Source of the DNA: a virus
Taxonomy: Duplodnaviria; Caudoviricetes
Length of the DNA: 53,365 nt
Direction: 5' to 3' (one strand)
IMG/VR virus record: IMGVR_UViG_3300020183_005383
Span: 1-53,365 of that record
Shown here piece after piece: positions 1 to 8,852 of the stretch. Each line of letters opens with the position of its first letter. The first letter of the stretch is position 1. The translations under genes and the position numbers were made by a program. The notes under the pieces are model-generated. The model ran no database searches and had not been told where the DNA came from. It saw only the letters and a program-made list of their open reading frames with translations.

Positions 1-249
1 GATATTATCAGTAAGATAATAATAGTCCTCCCAATTTTCATCTTTCCATTCCAAGTTAATATTTAATTTTTTTGATAAAAAGGGAATTGATAAATAAGTT
101 CTTTTTGGGCAACTTATTTTATTAGAATTTGTATACCTAAGAGCTAATTCAATTCCGTGAGTACAACTATCTACTACAACGGCATAAGGGCTACCAAAAA
201 AATCTGACAATTTTTTTTCAAATTGTTCTAATATTAAAAAATTATTCAT
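1..249 (-). CDS. DegT/DnrJ/EryC1/StrS-family sugar aminotransferase, N-terminal part (runs off window start)
   Basis: Not in the ORF track. Manual translation from ATG at 249: MNNFLILEQFEKKLSDFFGSPYAVVVDSCTHGIELALRY...PKRTYLSIP, matching the FE..la.f.g..yav...S.T.al.laL start of the family. Confidence 0.8.
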   Translation of the reverse strand, partial: MNNFLILEQFEKKLSDFFGSPYAVVVDSCTHGIELALRYTNSNKISCPKRTYLSIPFLSKKLNINLEWKDENWEDYYYLTDNI

Positions 250-252
250 GTT

Positions 253-909
253 TTATTTTTTTAAGTATATAGAAAGGTCACTGTATTTTAAAACATTATC
301 GTTGGATACTAATTCTTTAATTATTCCTTTATTTGTATGATTGGAATCTAAATCATACCTAGAGTCAACCATAATAAGTTTGATATCTCGATTAAGAAAA
401 ATAGGGTTCATTATACCTATTCCTGAACTAGTTAGTACGTCAAATTTATTGGGTACTATATTAGTAACTCTCTCAATTTTTAAACTAAGTCGTATTTCGA
501 CTAACGTATCAAATACTACTTCTCTAATTTGAGAAAAATCATCATAATTAAAACAAACTACACCTAACTTTTTTAGATATACTGACAAAACTCCCATTCC
601 TGCACCATTATCCAAAAAAATTTGATTCCTAAAAAAATCTATGTTTTTACAAACAAAATCTAATATGTAGATATTAGGAGCATACAAAGTACGTTTAAAA
701 TAATCAGAAATTTCCCTCGGAGTCTTTTTCTCATTCCTCTTATCGTAATTACCTGGTTTGTAAAAATATGTTTTATTGTTCATACCCCTATAGGTATCAA
801 CATAAGTTGTTATTATATTATCTAATTCATTTATCCATTCAGTTTGGAAATTACTCTTTAGAAGGTCAAAATCTATTTCAGATTTAAAATTGAAATTATT
901 CAAATTCAT
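253..909 (-). CDS. Putative class I SAM-dependent methyltransferase
   Basis: Motif I-like FLDNGAGMG; the rest is not recognised. Confidence 0.55.
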   Translation of the reverse strand: MNLNNFNFKSEIDFDLLKSNFQTEWINELDNIITTYVDTYRGMNNKTYFYKPGNYDKRNEKKTPREISDYFKRTLYAPNIYILDFVCKNIDFFRNQIFLDNGAGMGVLSVYLKKLGVVCFNYDDFSQIREVVFDTLVEIRLSLKIERVTNIVPNKFDVLTSSGIGIMNPIFLNRDIKLIMVDSRYDLDSNHTNKGIIKELVSNDNVLKYSDLSIYLKK

Positions 910-1448
910 TTTTTATTTTTTTTACATTCAATATTTAAACTTATCAAAGTTCCATTTTCTTTATCCATGTGTGGTATGTAAGCTTGTGAGTGGTCATCAA
1001 ACATACTGTGTTCGGTGTCTCTCCAATTATACTTTTTTATATCATAAAATCCACAATTATTAAGAACTGTAGATAAAGATTTCAAATCATAAGTCGTTTT
1101 GTGATAGATAATTGAGTCTCTCATTTTCATTCTTCCGAATAATGGACCCAAAAATTTTTCTAAAGACTCTCCTTGAGAATATAACTTTGTCATTGATTCA
1201 AAATCAGGTACAGCTAACCTCAACACTGCATTATCTTTTAAAACTCTTCTCCATTCCCTTAATAAGTTTTCAACCTCAATTCTATCAAAATACTCGAGGA
1301 CATGTGAGGCGTAAATTAGTTCAACAGATGAGTCTTCAAATGGTAATTTGGTAATGTCTTTATAGTGTAAGTGTTCGTAATCTCCACCGTCAATATTAAT
1401 CCAACCCTCACCGAAATTCCTCCATCCACATCCAAGATGTAATTTCAT
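906..1448 (-). CDS. SAM-dependent methyltransferase (type 11-like, glycan-cluster type)
   Basis: KLHLGCG, GWINID, LPFEDSSVELIYASHVLEY, RVLK...LAVPD motifs. Confidence 0.85.
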   Translation of the reverse strand: MKLHLGCGWRNFGEGWINIDGGDYEHLHYKDITKLPFEDSSVELIYASHVLEYFDRIEVENLLREWRRVLKDNAVLRLAVPDFESMTKLYSQGESLEKFLGPLFGRMKMRDSIIYHKTTYDLKSLSTVLNNCGFYDIKKYNWRDTEHSMFDDHSQAYIPHMDKENGTLISLNIECKKNKK

Positions 1449-1449
1449 A

Positions 1450-1860
1450 TCAGATAAATGTTTTGTCTAATGCTTGTCCCTCGTAAGGTCCTGTTTTATA
1501 CTCGTAAACTAATGTATCGTCTTCTAAAATCAAGTAATTATGACCACCTTCGAGAGTAAAACTAGCATCACCAACGTTTAGTATCGGTTCTGCCAATACA
1601 GTGTTATCCAAATCATAAAAAATACATTTAACAGACCCTTGAACAACAATCCAACTTTCCTGAGCAATTACGTTTCTTGTTCTTTCTTTCCAAATATGTC
1701 TATGTGGTTTGAATGTTTTATCTTTTTCCATATTCAAGATTGAACACTGAATAAAGTTCTCTTCTGATACAACATCTTTTCTTCCTGTAAGAATGTCCTC
1801 TTTTCTGACAACCATGTGAAGTAATTTACCTTCTTCTACTTTTGAATAAAAATTTTCCAT
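1450..1860 (-). CDS. Cupin-fold protein (WbuC-like / sugar isomerase-like)
   Basis: Cupin metal motifs PHRH...QE.WIV.QG and GGHNY, plus YEYKTGPY. Confidence 0.7.
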   Translation of the reverse strand: MENFYSKVEEGKLLHMVVRKEDILTGRKDVVSEENFIQCSILNMEKDKTFKPHRHIWKERTRNVIAQESWIVVQGSVKCIFYDLDNTVLAEPILNVGDASFTLEGGHNYLILEDDTLVYEYKTGPYEGQALDKTFI

Positions 1861-2693
1861 TATATAAGTTTTCCCTCATTTATAGCTTTATGAATTGTTG
1901 ACCAAATATTGTATTTTTTTAACATCAGTTCTCTAGCCTCTTTCAAATTTTCAATATTTTCTTCTCTGTAATTCGATTTAGAAATTTCGATTATTTGAGT
2001 GGATGCGTATTCAACCCCTTTACTGTCATCGAATAATATAAAACTACCTTTCGGTAAGAATTTCGAAATTTGTTTACATCCAGAGTAAATTGGCATTGTT
2101 AATAATAAAATTGGGTCAACTATTTTCTCACTGAAATAAAAATCTGTTTTACAATTTTCAAGAACTAAATTATATCTGAAGTCCAAGAGACCATCTTTTT
2201 TATCCCTGTAAGGTAAGGTCCTATTATTAATTGGACCAAAAACTTCAATCTCATTCGAGAAATTGTTTCTCAAATGTAGGTTAAGGTCCACTCTGAAATT
2301 ATGATATTGGGTATATCTTTTTCCTGAATCTATTGAGGATAGGTTTTTAGTTTTCTCAGGATTAATTACCGAAAGTTCGTTATAAGGAAGTTTAATCCAC
2401 CAAGTTTGAGCCAACCAACTATTACCTTTTTCGTGGTGATAATTCCCGAAAGAATTTCTTGTCCACTCTTTAGTTCCAACAGCAGCGGGTTCCCTACCCA
2501 AAAAAATCACTTTTTCTTCTACAACGGATTCTGAAGTCTCATCCATTACGATGATGTAGTCTGCTTCATCTTTGTTAAGTGTAAATGTAATGTTATCCCA
2601 AATACCTGAATTGTCGGGTGTTTGATGTCTGAAGTTTTCAACTAAAGTTTTACTTTCAGACCAAGGGGTATTCGCAAAGTAAATTTTTTTCAT
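1860..2693 (-). CDS. GT10 family (alpha-1,3/4-fucosyltransferase-like) glycosyltransferase
   Basis: GT10 signature FRYNLVLENCKTDFYFSEKIVDP followed by PIYSG. Confidence 0.85.
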   Translation of the reverse strand: MKKIYFANTPWSESKTLVENFRHQTPDNSGIWDNITFTLNKDEADYIIVMDETSESVVEEKVIFLGREPAAVGTKEWTRNSFGNYHHEKGNSWLAQTWWIKLPYNELSVINPEKTKNLSSIDSGKRYTQYHNFRVDLNLHLRNNFSNEIEVFGPINNRTLPYRDKKDGLLDFRYNLVLENCKTDFYFSEKIVDPILLLTMPIYSGCKQISKFLPKGSFILFDDSKGVEYASTQIIEISKSNYREENIENLKEARELMLKKYNIWSTIHKAINEGKLI

Positions 2694-3637
2694 TTTAAAT
2701 TATTAATTTCGTAGTCTACCATTTCTTTTATCATATTTTCGAAAGATAAATCGGATATCCAACCTATAGATTTAATTTTAGTGTTATCTCCAATTAAATC
2801 TATAGTTTCACATTCTCGAAATAAGGTTTTATCGATTTCTATGTATTCTCTCCAATCGGGTATTTCTACGTGTTTGAATGCAACATCCAATAAGTTTTCT
2901 ACTGTGTGAATTGAATTTGAGCTAAGTATGTAATCTTCTGGTTTTTCTTGTTGTAGTATTAACCACATTGCTTTTACAAAATCTTTCGCGGACGACCAAT
3001 CACGCCTTGATTGCAGATTACCCAAAACAATTTTTTTACTAAGTCCGTTTTTTATTTTAACGACCTCTTGAACAATCTTTTTTGTCACTACGTTTCTCCT
3101 TCTATATTCACTTTCATGGTTGTAAAGAATTCCAGAGCAACAAAATACATGATAAAGAGTCCTATATTGTTTGATTAACTCTTGTGCTATAAATTTTGAA
3201 TATCCATAAGGGTTTCTTGGATTTTTTGGTGAAAGTTCGTTTTGTGGTGAAACTGTTGGATTACCAAATATTTCGGAGGATGAACCAAAAAACAATTTTG
3301 ATTTCTTACTCTTGTTTTTAACAAACTCCAATATTTTCAAGGTTGAATTTACGTTTGTTTCATAGGTTAAAGTAAAGTCAACCCAACCTGGCTCAATTTC
3401 TGATTGTCCACCTAGAAGATAAAATTCGTCTATTTTTTTGTATTGTAATTTTTCCAAAATTGACTCCATTTGGGTCAGGTCTCCAATGATTAGTTCAATG
3501 TCTTTGTGTTTTTTAATTTCGTGAACTGATTGATTTCTGATTAGCCCGATAATATGATATCCCTTATCCAATAAAAAACTAGATAATAACTTACCGTCCA
3601 TTCCTGACAATCCTGTAATAAATGCTGTTTTAGACAT
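2690..3637 (-). CDS. gmd: GDP-mannose 4,6-dehydratase
   Basis: ITGLSGMDG, SSSEIFG, YGYSK (YxxxK), ILYNHES, LGNLQSRRDW, MWLILQQEKPEDY. Confidence 0.88.
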   Translation of the reverse strand: MSKTAFITGLSGMDGKLLSSFLLDKGYHIIGLIRNQSVHEIKKHKDIELIIGDLTQMESILEKLQYKKIDEFYLLGGQSEIEPGWVDFTLTYETNVNSTLKILEFVKNKSKKSKLFFGSSSEIFGNPTVSPQNELSPKNPRNPYGYSKFIAQELIKQYRTLYHVFCCSGILYNHESEYRRRNVVTKKIVQEVVKIKNGLSKKIVLGNLQSRRDWSSAKDFVKAMWLILQQEKPEDYILSSNSIHTVENLLDVAFKHVEIPDWREYIEIDKTLFRECETIDLIGDNTKIKSIGWISDLSFENMIKEMVDYEINNLK

Positions 3638-4868
3638 CGTCTCCTGAAATTATTTCGAATTTCGGACATGGTACTATGAAAGCGCCTCCCGATTTTAAGT
3701 AATCTCTTTCTCGGTTTTTAAATTCATTAATAAAATGCCAGGGTAAAACCAAAAGATAATCTGGTCTATTATTTCTCATTTGTTCTTCAGAAAAAATAGG
3801 AATATTTGTTCCTACAGTTTTCAATCCGAATTTATACGGACTTCTTTCAGCAATTCCGTCGATTAATGTATTGTCAAGTCCAAACCACTGTAGTAATGTG
3901 TTTCCCTTAGTTGACGCTCCATAACCCCATACAGTTTTACCATCTGATTTTACCCTTTCAATAAATTTTACTGTTTCGTCTTTTAATTGATTAATTTTAT
4001 TCCAAAAAACTAAATAAGGAGCTTCAGTATCCATTTTATTTTTTTCTTCGTATGCTAAAATACTTTCAACTCTATAATTAGCAACATCACGGTATGGAGA
4101 ATTTCTGAATTTAGAAATAGTTGCTACATCCTTTCTTACGTATATTCTGAAACTTCCTCCATTTACATCATTCAACTGACAATCGACAATATTAAAATTT
4201 GCTTTTTCTAGCACATTTTTTATTGATTTCAGTGTATAATAATAAACGTGTTCGTGACAAATATTATCAAATGCAAGTTGATTTATCATCAATGGAGTAT
4301 AACTCATTTGTAGGACGAACAAACCTTCGTCGTCCATAATGTCATAAACGTCTTTTAAAAAATTGACAGGTTCGTCCAAGTCATAAAACATCGCGATAGC
4401 GGTGATTACCTTTGGTTTTATATTTCCGAATTCAGATTCTTGATAGGTATTCTTCGAGAAATAATCTTGAATAATCAGATTAGCAATTTTTCTTGATTCT
4501 TTGGTATATGATTCGTCCACTGGGTCAATACCTACCTTAATTATATCATTAGGTACAGCATTTAGTAATGTACCATCATTACACGCGATATCTAACCAAA
4601 CATCACCTTTTTCAACTTTTATTGATTTTAGACAACTTTGTACAATACCTTTTAATTCCTCAGTCATTGTTTGGTTTATACCTGACCTATACCAATATTT
4701 TCCATACATCAATTCACAATCCGTTGTTTTGGTAAGTCTGACCGCTCCAGTCTCAGATTCAATTGCAAGAGTCAAGGGCATTTTACCTGCTCTAGGATTT
4801 TCATTTTCACAAATAAAATCAGAAACGTATAAATCTCCTAAGGAGAATAATTCTTTAAAATTTTTCAT
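3630..4868 (-). CDS. NDP-sugar C-methyltransferase
   Basis: YWYRSG, LDIACNDGTLL, FDNICHEH..YY, NGGS, GYGASTKGNTLL, PDYLLVLPWHF, FIVPCP. Confidence 0.9.
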   Translation of the reverse strand: MKNFKELFSLGDLYVSDFICENENPRAGKMPLTLAIESETGAVRLTKTTDCELMYGKYWYRSGINQTMTEELKGIVQSCLKSIKVEKGDVWLDIACNDGTLLNAVPNDIIKVGIDPVDESYTKESRKIANLIIQDYFSKNTYQESEFGNIKPKVITAIAMFYDLDEPVNFLKDVYDIMDDEGLFVLQMSYTPLMINQLAFDNICHEHVYYYTLKSIKNVLEKANFNIVDCQLNDVNGGSFRIYVRKDVATISKFRNSPYRDVANYRVESILAYEEKNKMDTEAPYLVFWNKINQLKDETVKFIERVKSDGKTVWGYGASTKGNTLLQWFGLDNTLIDGIAERSPYKFGLKTVGTNIPIFSEEQMRNNRPDYLLVLPWHFINEFKNRERDYLKSGGAFIVPCPKFEIISGDDV

Positions 4869-4870
4869 AA

Positions 4871-5482
4871 TTAGATTGTTGTATAAATTTCGTTATAGTT
4901 TTGTTTAATTTCCAATTTATATCCTATAGAGCTCAGGTAACTTGAGTATTTAGGGTCTTCATTTACATTTTCTAATAATATAACTTTTGGTTTGTAGTTA
5001 TTATGGTCAAAGCCTTTTAACACCTCAATTTCCCATCCTTCCGTATCTACTGACAAAAAATCAATCTTATCGACGTAAATTGATTCCAAAAGTGTATCCA
5101 AGGTAATTATATCCACATCGATTATTTCTACTTTGGCATCAGATGGGTAAGCATATCTTGTATTGATTGCAGACCAACTACATCCATCATTTATATCTTC
5201 GTGAGTGTTAGGGGCTCGAATAATTTTAAATTGTCCTTTTTTATTTTCGTTCGAACAAGCAAATGGATAAATTTCATGACCCAATTTAATATGTTGTTCA
5301 ACAAATTTCGGATTGGGGTCTATTGAAATACATCTCCACCCATTTTCTCTAAAATGTTTTGACATACTGATGTATATAGCTGGACCAGCTCCAACCTCAA
5401 CCATTGTCCCTTTATATTCGAAATCAGGAAAAAAAACTTCTCTTATTTTTTTATCTATTAAACCTTCAGCGTAATAATTCAT
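4871..5482 (-). CDS. FkbM-family methyltransferase
   Basis: VEVGAG, GWRCISIDPNP, IDFLSVDTEGWEIEVLKG. Confidence 0.88.
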   Translation of the reverse strand: MNYYAEGLIDKKIREVFFPDFEYKGTMVEVGAGPAIYISMSKHFRENGWRCISIDPNPKFVEQHIKLGHEIYPFACSNENKKGQFKIIRAPNTHEDINDGCSWSAINTRYAYPSDAKVEIIDVDIITLDTLLESIYVDKIDFLSVDTEGWEIEVLKGFDHNNYKPKVILLENVNEDPKYSSYLSSIGYKLEIKQNYNEIYTTI

Positions 5483-6159
5483 AATTTTATGTAGAATTCG
5501 TTTATTTTGTATCTTTGGTCTTTGATATATCCTTTAGTTGACATGAAAGATTCTATTTCGGAATCTTCATAATTATTTTCAACTACAAAAAGTTTTACTT
5601 CGAATTGTTCAAAATCAAAACCTTTTAGTACGTCTATTTCAGTTCCTTCTGTATCTACTGAAATGAAGTCTATGTTTTTTACTTTGTGTAGAGGTGTGTC
5701 TTCAATTTTATTCATTAAAATTGAGGTTAATGTATGCACCTCTACCACTACAGTATAAGATTCGTTTATGATTTCTTTATGAGACTCCAAAAGTCTTGTA
5801 TCAGGATTCAGAGATGTCAAAGAGGACATTATGTTCTTTTCTCCTACTTTGAAGACATGTAAAGGTAAAAAGCCACTTTTATCTGAACACGCATAATATT
5901 TTACAAACTTTCTGAAATTTTCTAATGATTCTTTGTGTGCGGGATTTGGTTCTATACACAAAGCGTTCCACCCTTGTTTTTCGAAGTATAAAGTATTTGA
6001 ACCTTTTACACCATTTGCTGCACCTACTTCTACACAACTACCCAAGTGTCCTATAGGAAAATAGGTTTCAATTATTCTGTCAGTTTCCCATTGTCCAAAA
6101 TATTTTCCATTATTCCACCCTTTTAATTCTTGAAAAATTTTATTGTTATCGTAGCTCAT
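5479..6159 (-). CDS. FkbM-family methyltransferase
   Basis: VEVGAANG..GSNT, GWNALCIEPNP, IDFISVDTEGTEIDVLKG; visibly paralogous to 4871..5482. Confidence 0.9.
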   Translation of the reverse strand: MSYDNNKIFQELKGWNNGKYFGQWETDRIIETYFPIGHLGSCVEVGAANGVKGSNTLYFEKQGWNALCIEPNPAHKESLENFRKFVKYYACSDKSGFLPLHVFKVGEKNIMSSLTSLNPDTRLLESHKEIINESYTVVVEVHTLTSILMNKIEDTPLHKVKNIDFISVDTEGTEIDVLKGFDFEQFEVKLFVVENNYEDSEIESFMSTKGYIKDQRYKINEFYIKL

Positions 6160-6884
6160 TTTTTAGACCACTTTTGTCTCAAGTCCTCGAAAATTGAAAA
6201 ATCTTCGGACCTCATGTTTATTTCATAATAATCCATATCAATCTTTCCAAAGTTGAAAGTTTGTGGGTTTGGTTTTCCTTGTCTCATCGCATCCAAGTCC
6301 GCATAAAAAATTTCATTGGGTATCAAAACTTTTTCAGTCCATGAAAATATGTTGTTATAAACCTCGAAATCATGTGGATTTTTGATAAAACCTGGATGGT
6401 TAAGCATTTTCAGAAAGAAATCTTTTCTCCAAATTGCAGGACGAAGAGATGTTGGGTAGTATGAATTCTGACCCGTCTTAGCAAAAGAAAATAAATCATC
6501 GTATCTAACTAAACTATCACCAACATATGGAGGGTGAGCCCTTATTTTTGAGATGGAATGGTCCTCCTCCATTATTTTTTTTGCCCTTTCAAAATAATTT
6601 TTTTTTAGATAATCTACTAAAATATGGTCTTCAAAAAAAAGAAAAAAATATTCTTCTTTTAGTTTTTCAAAGTATGGGTTTAAAACGACGTGCCAAGGAG
6701 AAGAATCGGAAAAATTACTTCCAAGACGTATAAATTCAAAATTTTTTTGTATTTCACTTTCTGGTTTACTAAATCCAAGAATTGTGAACTCTGAGTCATC
6801 ATCGCACCAATATTTCGAAATCATCTTTTGAAACCCGTCCAAACAAAAAGAATATTTGTCTGAAGTTAACACAATTTTTTTCAT
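6156..6884 (-). CDS. Putative GT-A fold glycosyltransferase-like protein
   Basis: FFLFFEDH (DxD-like), SLRPAIWRK and PHDFE motifs; located in the glycan cluster. Confidence 0.5.
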   Translation of the reverse strand: MKKIVLTSDKYSFCLDGFQKMISKYWCDDDSEFTILGFSKPESEIQKNFEFIRLGSNFSDSSPWHVVLNPYFEKLKEEYFFLFFEDHILVDYLKKNYFERAKKIMEEDHSISKIRAHPPYVGDSLVRYDDLFSFAKTGQNSYYPTSLRPAIWRKDFFLKMLNHPGFIKNPHDFEVYNNIFSWTEKVLIPNEIFYADLDAMRQGKPNPQTFNFGKIDMDYYEINMRSEDFSIFEDLRQKWSKK

Positions 6885-8137
6885 AATATACTACCAATCA
6901 AATTAATATCATTTACATCCTTAGGTTCGTTTCTTTTCAGTTTCATTCTTCTGATAATATCAAGAGAAGCAAATTTTACCCCCATGGAATAAAAATGAAA
7001 ATGAGGATTTAGAATAATTTCATCATAATTTGGTTCATAAAGTTCTTTGCCGTAATCATTATGACTGTGAATTAAATTTTGTTCATCATGAATCAATGTT
7101 GTATTCAAATGAATATAATCCAAATCCTCCCCTTCTCTAAGACCAAATGCTGTGAGTGGTGAACTGCCAGCAATACAATATTCATCGATATCTAAATTGT
7201 TGTCTTCTAAAAACTTCTTGAATCTTTGAACTGTTTTTTCAAATTTAGAGAAATGAATAGGTTTTGTTTTATTTAAATGTTCGACACTATTGTCATTAAA
7301 TAGTATTCTTGCGAGTCTCATCGTTTGTTCGTGGGTATCGTTCACATGAACAGAGTGATTTCCAACACCATGTATGTTTCTAATATCATTTTTTACACCT
7401 CTTGTATCATCAAGTTTTGGAAATTGAGCTAAGAATACATAAGTTGGAGAGTTTGTAGTATAACAAAGGCTTTCTTTCATTCTAAACCCGTGATAGTTAT
7501 CATGCGGACCACCAGCCCAAGCTTCACCCGCATAAAGTTCTCTCATTAAATTTAATGGACCATAACCAAAAAGATTAATATTCCTATAGTAAATTAAATT
7601 ACCATATCTATTAATTACATCTATAGCTGATTTGAAATCTCCTTTAGCAGACGGAAAAAGGGTGACAACATAAGTGTCTTTCAATAATTTAGAATATTCA
7701 ATTCCGACTTGATTTCCGTATACTTCAGGAAGTCTTATTGCTCTGAAATGGTTATCCCAACTACAGTCTTTTTGACCATCGTGGGGCATATTTGCGGGTC
7801 TAGTATCAAGCTCTTTATCCAAAGCTAAACAAGCGGCCACCCTATGTGCGCCATTTACCATGTATTTTTCATCTAAAATTGGAACTTTAGAAATTTGTGA
7901 GTTGAACCCATCTTCTTTTATAGAGTGTATAATTTTATGAAATTCATTATTAAAAGACTCGAAAGTACATTTATTTGGATTATCGTACTCCACAAATCCA
8001 TTCCAAAGTTCTAAATGTTTTTTATACATTTCTTTGAAAAAATTTGTTTTGTAGTTTTTGACTATAGATTTGGCATAAAGATATTTTAGGACTAAATCAA
8101 ATCTGAAATGTGTTATAAGTTCATTTGCCTTTTTCAT
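6881..8137 (-). CDS. Multidomain protein: ParB/Srx-like N-terminus, NDK-like middle, nucleotidyltransferase-like C-terminus
   Basis: SIKEDGF...MVNGAHRVAA; IRNIHGVGNHSVHVNDTHEQ; IAGSS.L..FGLREGEDLDYI. Confidence 0.55.
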   Translation of the reverse strand: MKKANELITHFRFDLVLKYLYAKSIVKNYKTNFFKEMYKKHLELWNGFVEYDNPNKCTFESFNNEFHKIIHSIKEDGFNSQISKVPILDEKYMVNGAHRVAACLALDKELDTRPANMPHDGQKDCSWDNHFRAIRLPEVYGNQVGIEYSKLLKDTYVVTLFPSAKGDFKSAIDVINRYGNLIYYRNINLFGYGPLNLMRELYAGEAWAGGPHDNYHGFRMKESLCYTTNSPTYVFLAQFPKLDDTRGVKNDIRNIHGVGNHSVHVNDTHEQTMRLARILFNDNSVEHLNKTKPIHFSKFEKTVQRFKKFLEDNNLDIDEYCIAGSSPLTAFGLREGEDLDYIHLNTTLIHDEQNLIHSHNDYGKELYEPNYDEIILNPHFHFYSMGVKFASLDIIRRMKLKRNEPKDVNDINLIGSIL

Positions 8138-8141
8138 TTTT

Positions 8142-8852
8142 CTAAATTTTTGTATATTCTTTTTTGTTTCTAATTTTGTTAACAGTTTTAATCACATTAC
8201 CAATGTTAACTTTGTGGTCATTTATTGGATTAGATTCGTTGTAAATGTATAAAATATCTGATAAAAATCTATAATGTTCCTCACCCGCCATTTCCAACAT
8301 TGGGAACATAAACGATAAATCTCCTGCAACACTCCAATATTCTCCTTTTTCATCTTTTAAATCTTCCAATAAAATTTTTTTCCATAACCAAGCTTTCCAA
8401 GTCCTCAAATGAGACAAGGTAAAGGTCTGTTTCCTTATATCAGTGAATTTTTGTGGTGGGTTGGCAAAACCAGGTCTCCCGTCATGATATTTGAATGAAC
8501 CACTAGTCATCCATACATTTGAGTCTTTGTATACTTCGGCAATTTTTTCCAATACCTTCGGATTTGGCAGCCAATCATCACCGTCAATTTCAACGCATAT
8601 TTCATCGCCTTCAATATTCCTGAATCTAATAACTTGGTCGTAATTTCCAGGTTGATAAAATTTACAATTATTTTCTATGAGAACGAATCTATCATCATTT
8701 GCGATAGCCGACTTAATTTTATTTAAAGTGTTGTCGGTTGACATATCATCTGTAATGTAGCATTTGAATTTTTTAAAACTTTGCGACATAATTGAGAATA
8801 AACATCTTTCAATATACGTTTCACAATTGAAAGTAGTCGTCAGGATAATCAC
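8142..8852 (-). CDS. GT2 family glycosyltransferase
   Basis: TTFNCETYIERCLFSI.SQ, DDMSTD, IDGDDWL, LYIYN. Confidence 0.9.
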   Translation of the reverse strand: MIILTTTFNCETYIERCLFSIMSQSFKKFKCYITDDMSTDNTLNKIKSAIANDDRFVLIENNCKFYQPGNYDQVIRFRNIEGDEICVEIDGDDWLPNPKVLEKIAEVYKDSNVWMTSGSFKYHDGRPGFANPPQKFTDIRKQTFTLSHLRTWKAWLWKKILLEDLKDEKGEYWSVAGDLSFMFPMLEMAGEEHYRFLSDILYIYNESNPINDHKVNIGNVIKTVNKIRNKKEYTKI

